DNA of 62,894 nt, counting the filler, from Asterionella formosa (lineage: Eukaryota), in NCBI GenBank assembly GCA_002256025.1. It is 15 parts of 15 records of this genome, joined end to end, with 100 filler letters (N's around TTAATTAATTAA, not from the genome) between each part and the next. Parts side by side here need not be neighbours in the genome. Positions count along the whole stretch, not along the records: positions 22,116 to 44,130 come from NKIB01002890.1; 14 more parts are not named here. One strand, written 5' to 3'. Both the position numbers and the translations under genes were made by a program. Below the pieces are notes generated by a model. It was not told where the DNA came from and made no database searches. It saw only the letters and a program-made list of their open reading frames with translations. Shown piece after piece: positions 23,456 through 35,799 of the stretch; position 1 is the stretch's first letter, and the number at the start of each line of letters is the position of its first letter.

Positions 23456-26400
23456 ATGAATCCCCCCCAACGCATCGAAGCCCCTGCTTTTGTCTTCGCA
23501 CTATCCCCGGCACTCGCCAACCCAGCTCCTGTGGACTACAACTCAAGTGAAGGGATGAAGTTGTACAAGTCCTCCACGGAAAAACTTCATCACACGTTCG
23601 ATGGAGAAACCGGTAACATCTGTTTGTTTCTTCAAGCCCTTCAGCAACGAGTGGATGCCTATGGGTGGGCGGGAGTGCTTACTGTGCCCGACGATCAGGG
23701 CATCGGCCGAGATCTCATTACGGAGTATGGTTGAGTCACCATGGCCAATGTGATGGCGCACGCCGCTACACATGTGCATACTCAAACTCGGGATGCACAA
23801 AATAGTGCTCAGCTATTTACGTGCGTGTATGACTCTCTGTCATTGGAGGCACTACTGAAGGTTTCTAAAGACTCTGCAGCATACCGCCTCCCTCCCCAGC
23901 GAATCCTGCGGTAATGGTGGCCAGTGGGGCTTGTTTCCTAAAGCTCATTGTCACTCGGTGCACAGTCGATACCAGGTCTACGGTGGCCACTATCAGGCGC
24001 ACACTCAACTCTTTGGATGAATACATGCTATTGGTGAATTGCGACATCAAGCGTTTTAACCTACATGTGCGTGTGCAGCGCGATGCTCTCTTGTCCAGAG
24101 GGGACTGACCTTCTTGCCAATCTCTTCACTGCTTACAAAGCTGTGGAAGACAAGGTATTTCATGATTACATGGTAGGACAACAGGATCAATACCACAATG
24201 GTAGAGTCGATTTCGACGAAGATTCACTAATGGATCTTGCCTTGAACAAATTTAAGATGTTGGTGGAATCTAAGAGGTGGAATTTGCCCTCAGCCAAGGA
24301 TGTCAAATTGGAGGCGCAGATTGTCGCACTAACTGCCAAGCTAGAATATCTGAAGAACAACAAGGTGACGAAGGAAGGAAACATGGACAAAAGGGAGAAG
24401 GCTAGGAAGGCCGAATTGGTGAAGAAATGGGCATGGAAATTGGTGCTGCCTAAGGAAAATGAACCTAGGACTAAACATTTCGATGGGAAGGATTACCATT
24501 GGTGCACTAATCATGTCTCCTGGACAGTGCACACCGCCAAGGAGTGCAACATGATGCCATCTGGAATTTCAGCCCAAAAGCATACCAAGAAGCCCAAGGA
24601 CAAGTCGGCAGAGGCTATTGCCGTCACTCTCTCTACTGCCCTTGCTAGCATAATGGAAGGAAAGGGTCAAGACGACGACAATGACTCCAATGGTGGTGAA
24701 GATGACGGATCGATTAACAGCTAGGAAGTTGGCCGGGGATTGATGACCAGAATAACTACATTACTTAGTTATTGGTTACATCAAATCATTCTCTGTTGGC
24801 CGCTTTCATCTGCATTTCATATGCTCATCCCGCTCATGTTTGGTTCTACCGGAGGTCATGTTTCCATCAGTTACTATGTTTTCTTGGTATCGCACCTTTT
24901 TCTTGTTCTTCTTTCCTGGTGTCCAAATGATTCCCAAGTACAATATGTGCCCAAACGCCATTGTCAGGTGACTTGTTGGTTGGGAACTATGAAGGTTGGG
25001 TGCTTCAATTACTGCCACAAATGTTTGATACTTTTGGAAAACCACCTTGCCAGACCTCGCCAAACTGTCGCACAAAAGAGGGTCACTGGCATAAGAGTCA
25101 GCGTGACTAAATTTGCCTGTGGAGGATATTTCTTCCCACGAGAGACTCTACACGGGTTTGCATCAACTGCAGGTATGCGCACTTCTGTGAAATTCCAGGG
25201 TCCCATGTCCATATCATCAACTGTTCCTGCTGATGTCACAGATGATCGGTATGATTCCAATAGCTATCTCCTTATGATTGATAACTGCTGCTCCAAGTGT
25301 GTGACTAATTGTAAGGAAGACTTCATGGGTGCTCCACAGCCTGTGCAGGCCCAAATCAATGGAGTCGGAGGCCCTGTTCCAGTCCTGTTCAAAGGCACCG
25401 TCAAGTGGCGCATGGAGGATGACCTAGGCAGAGTCCACGATTTCCTCATTCCGGGATCTGTATGTTCTCACTGCAACATTGGAGTCAGGAATCTAGGAAT
25501 CAGGGAGGACTTGTCCAAGGAACCTGGTGTGCTACTTACGAAAATAAAGTTGTTCTGCATTGGAATGAAAAAATTCCACAGGAGTGTCCCTCTTGATCCT
25601 GATTCAAATGTGGCTATCATCCGCATGGCCCCAGGAGCAAAACGTTTTCGCATCTACAAAGCAATCATGAATGCGCATAACAAGCAACCTAGTTTAAATT
25701 GTTTCCGTATGAACACTGTCACGGATGACGAGTTCTCTGATGGTGATGAAGAAGGTTGCGCCACCTCGTTGCCTTTCGATTTCGAGGACAGGGCCAAACT
25801 TGTGTGGCCTCATGAATTGATGGCGGAAAAACCAGGCAAAACGCCTGCGGATAAAACTGTGGATCTGGGAGAAGTTGACACACGAGCCCAGAGCCTTGTG
25901 TGCCATCCCGAGCATGTCATTCCTGTTGAGGTAGAGGATATAAATGTGTTAACAACCGCATCGGAACTGTTGAAGTGGCATTTTCAAATGAATCATTTGT
26001 CTTTCAAGCCGCTGCTTACCGTGGCGTACCATGGTTTTCTTCCAAAGCAACTTCTAACCGCGCGTGTTCCGAAGTGCGCCTCTTGCATGTATGGGAAAGC
26101 CACAAGGCGGGCCTGGCGTTCCAAGGCGCCCCCGGTTAAAGTTTACAAATCTCTCATCATGGCTCCTGGGCAATGCGTCTCCGTAGATCAACTCCAATCA
26201 CCAACCCCAGGTTTGATTGCTCAACTGAAAGGAATCCCCACTACTCAGAGATACACAGCAGCCACCATCTTTGTTGACCATTTCAGCCGGTTGTCTTACG
26301 TACACCTTCAGTGCTCCCTCTCTTCGGATGTCACTGTGAAAGCAAAACGGGCTTTTGAAAGGCATTGTGATGGGCATGGTGTGAAAGTCCTGCATTATCA

Positions 26401-28106
26401 GGCAGATAATGGTAGATTTGCAGACTTGCTTTTCTTGTGAGACATCGCAGATCAGAAACAACAAATCAACTATTGTGGTGTAAATGCCTGCTTTCAAAAC
26501 GGTGTGGCAGAGAAGCGCATTTGGGACTTACAGGACCTTATGCGCACATCCCTTCTGCATGCATCCGCACAATGGCCAAAGGCGATTTCTAGTTGCCTGT
26601 GGCCCTATGCTATGCGGACAGCCAATGATATACTAGTCAATTCACCCCGGCGAACAGATGGAAAGTCCGCAATGAATATATTTGCAAGAACCGATGGAAC
26701 GCCAAAATTAGGGTCATTTCGGCCATTCGGATGCCCCGTGTATGCGCTCAATAAGGATCTGGCTGCTGGTCAGGCTATCTCTAAGTGGTATAAGCGAGCA
26801 TGCGTGGGAATATATCTGGGTCAGTCTCCGGTTCACGCACGATCTGTGGCCCTAGTATTAAATATCCAAACTGGGCTCGTGTCTCCCTAATTTCACGTGG
26901 CTTTTGATGATTTGTTTGAGACTGTAAATATGCCGGACGACAATTACCAACTGGGCTGGCTCTCGGCGACTCATTTCACGGCAAAACCCGCTGAGAAAGT
27001 AAGAGAGCGAGCGGTTGTCCCAGCCAGCCGGAGCGCCCCCGCGACAGAACAGAGATCCATTGTGAGCCCGTCTGATGCAACTGGTCACATGATCACACCC
27101 GAAGTACTGCTCCTTGTTGCCGACTCTGTAGAGCTTATTCCTGATAGCCAGGCCAATCCCCCTGTGGAGCTCCTGGTTGACGATCCAACACTAGGTATTG
27201 GGATTTGCTGGTCCCAGCGTCACAAGCCATCTTTGAGATTACAGGAGAGTGTTCAATAGGGTCTTTTGTACAGTTCCTCTATACTGGAGGATCATGTTGG
27301 GGATGAGGAATATCAATTACAAGTTCAAATGGAGGACCCTATTGCATTTGCTGCAAAAACCTCAGATCCCGATACTATGCAAGCCAATCAAGCTCTAAGG
27401 GAGCCGGACCGCAAGAAATTCATTGAGGCTATGGAGAATGAGGTTATGGCACACCACAACAATGGTCATTGGCGGGTCATTCCAAAGACAGAGGTCCCAC
27501 TGGGTATGAAAATATTGCCTTGTGTGTGGGCTATGAAGAAAAAACGTCGTATAACTACTAGGGAGGTATACAAGTGGAAGGCACGACTTAATTTATATGG
27601 CTGGTGGCAAGCAGGAATACGGTATTAATTATTGGGAGACTTATGCGGCCACTCTCTAATGGCCACCCATACATTTCTTATTGACACTTTCGTTGATGCA
27701 CAAATGGAGCACCCGTCAGATCGACTTCACGTTAGCGTACCCTCAGGCAGATGCCAAGTCCAAATTGTACATGGAGATACCTCATGGTTTTCAATTACCG
27801 GAGGGAGGTCGATCCAACCACTGTCTAAAGATCCTTAAGAATATTTATGGTCAGAAGCAGGCCGGTTGGACGTGGTTTCAACACATGACCAAGGGACTTC
27901 TGTCGATAGGATTTGTTCAAAGCTCGGCTGATGATTGTATCTATTTCAAAGAGTCTACCATATTCATGATGTATGTGGACAATGGAATCTTTATAAGCCC
28001 TAGTGATGATGAGATTGATAGGTGCATTGTGGCGATGAAGGCGACCTTACAGATGAGGGGAATATTTCTGATTATTTGGGAATTAAAGTGGAGCAACTGG
28101 GGGTAA
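23456..28106 (+). mobile_element. Decayed Ty1/copia (CoDi-like) retrotransposon, truncated in RT
   Basis: Gag FALSPA..DY, WCxxH-H-C knuckle, protease IDNCCS, WHxxMNHLSF + CASC, integrase VSVDQL/IFVDHFS/ADNGRF/NGVAEKRI, RT WAMKKKR/WKARLN/YGQKQAG/YVDN; several stops and frameshifts. Confidence 0.92.
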
Positions 28107-30295
28107 TCACTTCCATACTGTATACAGGGGGGGGGGGTTATTTGCATGAGCAACTACTTTGGTACATAGTATGATCTCTAAACAATAAAATTTGATTCGT
28201 TTATCCTATACCTTTGATCATAACATATTGATAATATGATAAACGGTGTCATTGATGAGAAAATGAAAGATCAAAATTTATTTTCAGAAATCAGGATTAA
28301 TTGATCATTAAAATATGATCAAATGATCCAATAAACATGAGCATATTCAGTTTTCCGCTGCACTATTGTGGTACTCCCATGATAGAAGTAAAACTACCCA
28401 GCAAGTATACAGTACTACTATTACCGGTGTGCCATATGAATTTTTCGAATGTATCATATGGTCAATATGTCTATATTCATAAATGTATGATTCAGACCAT
28501 TTGAAAAATTGGTATGACTCCAGTTTATTAAGTGGCTTAATTAATTCAGCCACTGACTTGTAGGTACAAGAATTGACACACAACAAATGAAAAAATTCAA
28601 CAGGTCATGGAAAACTATGAACTCATCATGCATTGTATATATTTGAATGATGTATAATCAAAATTGATGTTAGTATACACAGGATGTGCCATATAATGAG
28701 CATGTTTAAAACTATGCAAATGTTCATCTATATATACATTTAAACTTACAAATCTTTATATATTCGTATGCATGGCTGAAACATTAGAAATCATGTTTTC
28801 ATGTTCCTTTTCATGCATACACTTTGCTCCTGAAATGAAGGATCATCATACATGATAACGCGGAAAGCAAAAGTGATAATACAACACAATGATTCTTGCA
28901 ACCGGCATAGAAGAAGTGACTACAGAGAAGGGCGGAATCAATTGATGATGGTAAGTCAAGAGCAAATGCCTTTCATGTTCCTTATCATGCATACACTTCC
29001 TGAAGTGAAGGATCTCAAGCAACACCAGGAGAAGCGCGGAGTCAACAAGCTGTGCATGGTACCACATCCAGAGCAAATGCCAGGATGATCAATTGTTGGG
29101 ACTACAAATACGGAATGACTCGTCCCCTTTCAGTGATTCAATAGCTCCTTTTCGAATTGGTGGCCAACCATCAAGGTGACAAAATAAATCGGTAAGTGCT
29201 ATCATCTTTGGATCAATCCACAACTGTTCGAAAAACTGGCACATGTGTGTTGCTTCTTTCAGGATAATGGTAGACAAACAGTATTTGTAAGCTACAAACA
29301 GCAGCATTGGAGCCCATTTATTGATCGATTGGAAACCTGAAACTTACTTATTCAAGGATTTACTGACAATTTACTATTACAGACTTATGCATCACTTGCT
29401 TTGATTTGTGGTAAGTCAAGAGGATACGATGGAATGGCGTGATGTTGTGTCAGTGTAACATGTCTACCTAACAAGTCATTCCTTCTCATTGTTACTGTAA
29501 CTGCATAGGGCAATAAAACCGTTCAAACAACGGAATAGTCGGCGAGTTCAGAATGACACTAAAAGCAGGGAGAGAGATGCAACATTAGTAAGGCATTGCT
29601 TGGCACAAGATTCAGAAAAGAGGAAGAAAATGGCGAGATAGGAACAATATGCATTGAGCCGAGTAGAGAGAGAAACGTTGGGTTGCTGGCATGAAGAATA
29701 ATAGATAGCATTGCTAAATTTGATAGTTAAATTACGATCCATTTCAATCTATTTTGAACAATGCTTGAGATAAGAATTATGATCATGTTTACGATAGATT
29801 TACGATGAAACAATTTACATGATAGTATAGAGTTGAGCTGATTTTAGGATGCGTTGTAGTAATAATTTACATTGGGCAATCACAAGAATTGAAAATAATA
29901 TGAGAAGGTTTATGATGTTGATGAGTAATGTTGTTGATCAGTTGATATACATTGTGTGATGATAATGTTCTTATTATCATTATACTTCAAGGTCGGTAAA
30001 ATATTAATAAATCATCATAGTTATAGGATACCTTGATCATAGTTTTGATCCCAAAATTATCATATATACGAAAATCCTGTGCCAGTTAGCATACAATACC
30101 CTTGATCCTATATGCATGATACTTTTTATTTGCAGACGTCCGTATATCCTACCAAGATTCCTGTAAGTGCTTAATTCCCGTGAGTACTGGTCCCTCTACA
30201 GCTAGTTCAATACTACTTTAGAATCTTAGTTCCTTGTTAATGTAGCTGCTGCTGGCACCCGTTGCAAGTGTTTCTCCTCCCTCTCAACACACACA

Positions 30296-30308
30296 GGTTA
30301 TTGATCCC
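30296..30308 (+). promoter_or_regulatory. Probable copia primer-binding site after LTR end
   Basis: ...ACACA|GGTTATTGATCCC resembles the GGTTATGGGCCC half-tRNAiMet PBS; base composition turns pyrimidine-rich here. Confidence 0.55.
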
Positions 30309-33300
30309 TTACCAGACTTCCCTCCATCATGCGATCTCCATTGCCTCATGATGCCAATGACACTGATGCAGTTGGACTCAGTGGCGAATTGGCTGCATGG
30401 CCATAACACAACACTGGTGCATTATTTCCCCATCCCCATGGTGAACTTTTGGTTTCACCACTAAACCTAACCCTAACCCTACCTGCCATCACCAGTTCTC
30501 CACAAATGCTCCCCTTCCGCATTTTGTGCTGCCCTCATCATCTGACTTCGCTATGGACGACCCCCCGCACGTCTGTGCCTCCTCTTTGCTATTCAGCCCC
30601 TTATTCTTTGAGTCCTTACCCACCACCCCATCTTTCACCCCGGGCTCTGCCTTCGGCTTCCCCGGCATCCTATCTACACCTTTCTGACCATGCCTATGCC
30701 TGGTCTGCCCTTTCCAGCCCTTCCTCCCACTCCCACAGCTCGGGGGGGTGGCCCATCTTCAAGCCGAACTTGCTTGGCTCACTCCATATACCTCTACCAC
30801 ACCACCCATTCGCTCTGCAGCTTATGGCTCCTCTCCTGTCTACCATACCCCTTCAGGCACCTCCTCCCACCCCGCCAATTACCATCAACCCACCACCTCT
30901 CCCCATTCCCTCCACTCTGCTTCTCAGGAGCCTCGTCCTTCTCTAGTTGATGGCTTTACTCATCCCTGACACCTGTCTTATTTGGGTACAGATCGCTCCA
31001 TGAATCGGTCTAACAAACGATATTATGTTGTTTACCATGGCCGCCACCGCGGCATCTTTCAAAGCTGGCCTCTTGCATGGGCATTGACTGCTGGCTACCA
31101 CTGGGGTCCGATTCAGGGCCACGTTGGTGGTTTCAACGATTTTTCTTCTGCTGCCCAGGCATACCTTCAGCATGCCAGTGACATTGACCCCTATGCCCCT
31201 ATCCTGGGTTGTGCCCCCTTGCTGCCTCCATCCCTTTTGGCCGTCTTGGTCTGGACCCTGCACTCTTCTATCAGGCCCTCTTCTCCCAGCCTCATGTACC
31301 TTTCCCTCATCGGCCCCTACCCATTCCCCTGTATGCACCTGCCTTCCAGGTGTCACGCTCTTCTCCCATTAAGTACCTCTCCATTCATTCCCCCTATGAA
31401 TCCCCCCAGTCCTCCCCCATCCCCCCAATCCCTGTTTAGTCCAGTGGCTTGGCCTCTGTGGCTGATTCCTTCACCATTGTCTCTTCGCTCCCATGCTGCC
31501 TCTTTTTCCACTAAGGCCGATATCCAGGCTGCCCTTGTGGCCTCCATTACATCTTCCGATAGTAAGAAGGAGCTTTCCATGAGCCTTCCACGCTTCAATG
31601 GGGATCCTACAAAATTCAATGAGTGGTTCACCATGTTGACCACCCGCCTGAGCACCCCAGTTTGGCGCCACATCCACCTTGCCTCTCCTGATGATCCCTC
31701 ATGTGAGACTCTCTCCCAGGCATTGTATTTGGTTCTCATTATGGCCCTCCATGACCAAGCTGCCAATCATTGGCGCAGCCGTGATGATATCCTCCACAAT
31801 GGTATTGGTCTCCTTGCTGAAATCACCAATTATTATCGGGTCTCCCACTCCTACTGGCTTATCAACCTTTTGACAGCTTGGGATAATCTCTTCCAGAAGG
31901 ATAAAGAGACACCCCTCCAACTTTCATTTCGCACCTGTGAACGTGTTTCAAAGGCAGCTGATGCTGGCCAATTATTCACAGAACCATTCATTTGATATCG
32001 TTTTCTATTGGCTCTTAGTCCTGCCTTTCACGCCTTTGTCCAACCCCACCTCTTACACCAGAAGGACATCACCACCATGAACCTGGTCACCCCGACCGCT
32101 TCTGCCAAGACATACACGGACACCCCTGGGTTTGACTCCTCGAAGATGGCTCACACAGGTCACCGTACTGTTGCTCCTTCCTCCTCTGATTCCTCAACCT
32201 CCCCAACCGCATGGATTGGGACCACTTCCTTCAATACCTCCCAGGCCAGGGCTATGCAACAATTCAAATGCCCCATTCATCGCTGCAATCATCATGACCT
32301 TGCTGCATGTAGTCTGGTTGCCTCCCGCTTCTCCATTGTTCCCAAACCTCTCTCCTCCTCTGGTGGTTGTCCCCCCTCCACCACCCCATGCCCCACCCCA
32401 TGCTCCTCTACCCACCCTACTGGTAGTGGTCTCCTTGGTTCTGGCCGGTTGGTTGGTGATGTTCTTCCTCCTTCTACACCTGTGGTGCCCCCTGCTGAGT
32501 CCTCTTCTCCAGCAGTGGTGCCCATTCCTCCTTTGGTCTCTTCCACTCCCCCTGCCGCTGCCCGCCATGCTGCTTCCATGGTTTCTCATGCCCATACCAA
32601 TCCTTTTGCCCCACTGGACTTCTCGGAGGATGAATGCTGTCCTGATTCTGTCTTTTCTTACCTTGACTCTGATGATCCCCATCCTTCCAGTGTGGGCACT
32701 TCTCGCCATGTTAGCACTTCCCTGGTCCCCCCTACTTGCATGGGTACCCTCTGACCTGTCACTCCAGTCTCCAGCAAAATCTGCCCAGATTCTGGGGCCT
32801 CCGTTGATATGTTTCCTGACCGCCAATGTTTCATTGAATATGTCCCCCTTACTCACTCTTTTGTCCGGGTGGCCAACAATGATCATACCCCAGTCCTTGG
32901 TCGTGGTACAGTTGCCATTCAACTTGGGGACTACTTTGTCCGGTTGTCTAACTGCCTTCATGTCCCTGGACTTGATATACCCCTACTCTCCATCCGCGTT
33001 CATCGCCGCCGTGGATCTGGGTGCACATTCATTGCTGACTCCTCTGGCTGCTACCTCCATTTTCCTACTTTTGCCCTTCCGGTTGACAACTCCTCTGATT
33101 GTCTCCTTCCTTTCCCCCCTGCCCCATTACCCTCCTCTTTCTCCTTTGACGATACCTTGTCCCCATCGGTCTTAGTCCTTTCTGGTCCCCCCTCCATTGC
33201 TCCGCTTGCACTCAAGCGTGCAGCCATTCACCACCACACATGGCCTGTCCATCGGGTTGTTCCTCCTTCACACCCAGCCATGGACCCTTCCCTTCTCCGG

Positions 33301-34566
33301 CTTCCCTCCTTTGACTCATCCAATATTATCCTGCACCAGGATCTTTCTGCTGTCCCTGCCCCTGCAATTATGACTTGTGAACGTCCTGAGTCCTTTGGTG
33401 CCCAGGTTCGCCGTTTTTCCTCCCATGATCTTCGCAAACATTTTGACAACCGCAAATTTCGTAATTATTCCATCTTTACCACAGTGGCCAATGGCATTCG
33501 CCTGTCAGAGCATTTCGAGCCTCTCATCTCGGTTGGCGACGTTGTCAACATGAAGCGTGGTCCCTCTGGCTTGCCCCTCCCTTGCCCTTCCTCCCTCCTC
33601 CAGCGCATTGGTGTTGATATTGGCTGTGGTGATGGCATCAGCCCTGGTGGTTACCGCTACTGCCTTCTCCTTGTTGACCAATTCAATCGCAAGACCTGGT
33701 GTTATGGCCTTAAGGACCTCACTAGCTCCTCTATCTCTGATGAGTTCTGGCGATTTTTTGTTGATACAGGCAGTTCTGCTCCTGTCGAAGGGTATCCGTG
33801 TCAATGCTGCTCCCCCCTTAGTACCGTCAATCTCAAAATGGTTTGGTTGAATCCCACTGGCGTGTTGCCACTTCGCTCCATGGCTCGCTCATTCCTTGCT
33901 GAGGCCAGTCTCCCCAAACGCTTCTGGTTCTAGGCTGTCTGTGAGGCTACCCTTCGGATGAATATGGTCCCCTGCCTCCTTGGGTCTTCCAAGACCTACA
34001 CCACTCCATTCGAACTCTTCTATGGGGTGAAACCGGACCTTCGTACCCTCTTCCCCTTGGCTGCATTGGCTACTATAGGCGTCCTTGCGATGGCCTTCGG
34101 GGTGCGTGCACTCACTTTGCGCTGTTTTGGAATCCAACCTTGTCCCGCTTCTGTGTGTCTGCTGATTACACCCTTGATTCCACTCGTGCTATTGGAGACC
34201 CCTTTCCCACTATTGTGTATGATGGTGGACTCCACCACCTGCGCCTGTACACCAATCCTACCAGCCACCTCTGCATCCGAAGCCTACCCTCCTGGTAGTA
34301 TTGTCTTTGTCCGCCTTAATTCTGCTGGTGATGTCTCTGAGGGTATTGTCAATTCTGTCCCCACCTCCCTACATGACTTTTACCTCATTGACCTCCTTGA
34401 GGGGGCCTCTCTTTCTGCCGCATTTGGCGACCTTATCTCCCCTGATGAGCCCCTTAATCCTGACTTTTCCCACCTTCCTAGTGATGATTCCAGTGGCGAT
34501 CCACTTGCCCCCCTCCTCCCTCCTTGGATGGTTGTTGGTACCAAACTGATCCTTGCCCTTGATGGT

Positions 34567-34676
34567 ACCTTTGTCCGCGGTTCCTTGGATCTTGATGACG
34601 ACCTTGACTGGCTCTTTGTCCACCTTTGTCCGCGGTTCCTTGGATCTTGATGACGACCTTGACTGGCTCTTTGTCC
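34567..34676 (+). repeat. Perfect 2 x 55-bp tandem duplication inside copia pol
   Basis: acctttgtccgcggttccttggatcttgatgacgaccttgactggctctttgtcc repeated at 34567 and 34622. Confidence 0.95.
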
Positions 34677-35799
34677 GCCGCAATTCTGCTGGCCAAATCA
34701 TCCACCAGACTAGCTTAGTTGATCTCCCTTACACCTGGCGGCAACGCCTCCATGAAGAGACACTGTTCACTGGCTGGAACTCTGTTCCCCCCCCCCTCCG
34801 GACCCACTGTTGTGCTCCTTGGTAATGGTCAACATGTGTCTGCCTCCTCCCTCATTCATAAATTTCCCTCTTCCCTTGACCGTGCCCTCCTCCCCACTTC
34901 CCCTGATCGTCTCATATGGCTAGCCTCTTATCAGGAGGAATACGACTCTTTAGTCGCTCAGGATACCTTTCATTTAATTGATGCCTCTCAGTTATCACTC
35001 CTTGGGTGGACCGTCATTCCCTCCATGACTGTTTTCACCATCAAATGTGATGAACTTGGTCACCCAGTCCGGACCAAATCTCGCGTTGTTGTCCTCGGGA
35101 ACTTGGAGACCACCTACTGGTCCAAGTCTGACACTTATGCACCTGTTTTAGGCCAACTCTCCCTCCGCCTCCTGGTCTCTCTTTCCTTTGAGCGCCGCCG
35201 CCTTTTGAAACAGGGCGACTGCAAGAACGCCTTTTGCCATCCTGTTCTACCCCCTGACGAGGTGGTTGTCATTAAACCCTCTCATGGTTGCCCCATTGTT
35301 TCCAGGCCTGGTAACCTACTGGCGCCTCCATAAAACTCCTCTCTATGCTCTCCGTCGGAGCCCTCGCCATTGGTTCACCTGTTTTCGGGACGTTCTCCTG
35401 TCCCTGGGCTTATCCCAGTGCCCTCGTGAACCCTGCATTTTCTTTGATTCTCCTATGCCTAGTTCCCCTCCCCTTTATGTGGGCATATATGTGGACGACT
35501 TTGCCTACTTCTCTGTTAGTGATGAGGTTGAGCAGTGCTGGTTGCAAGCTACCAAATTTTTATGTCTTGTAAGAATTATTGCAACATGCATGCATATGTG
35601 ATTCCTACTGGTATATACAATGCGGAAATGATGACCACCAGACTACCAATCCTATAGGTCTTGTAGAACTATTGCAACATGGCTGCATATCTAAGCGAGG
35701 AAAAGGCGAGAGGAGTCATCCATGCACCTGTGTATGAAATATGGAAATGATCAAATATAGTCTACACAAGGAGCAGTGCATCATATTTGCCCTGTTATT

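Larger units (their letters stand above)
30296..35540 (+). mobile_element. Decayed pyrimidine-rich Ty1/copia retrotransposon, truncated after RT YVDD
   Basis: Gag LPRFNGDP, protease CPDSGASVDMF (~32782), integrase GVDI..GYRYCLLLVD, LPKRFWF, TPFELFYGVKPDLR, RT KSRVVVLGN, GDCKNAF, SPRHWF, IYVDDF. Confidence 0.9.

Noticed and set aside
28110..30200. AT-rich block starting TA-CAGGGGG as a Tc1/mariner insertion
   Set aside because: No matching opposite TIR or transposase motif found.
30461..30482. Telomere-like CCTAACCCTAACCCT
   Set aside because: Only about two units, inside a C-rich retrotransposon.
32132..33175. 347-aa Leu-rich ORF as an env-like gene
   Set aside because: Alternate frame of C/T-skewed gag-pol; the skew suppresses stops and yields Leu/Pro.
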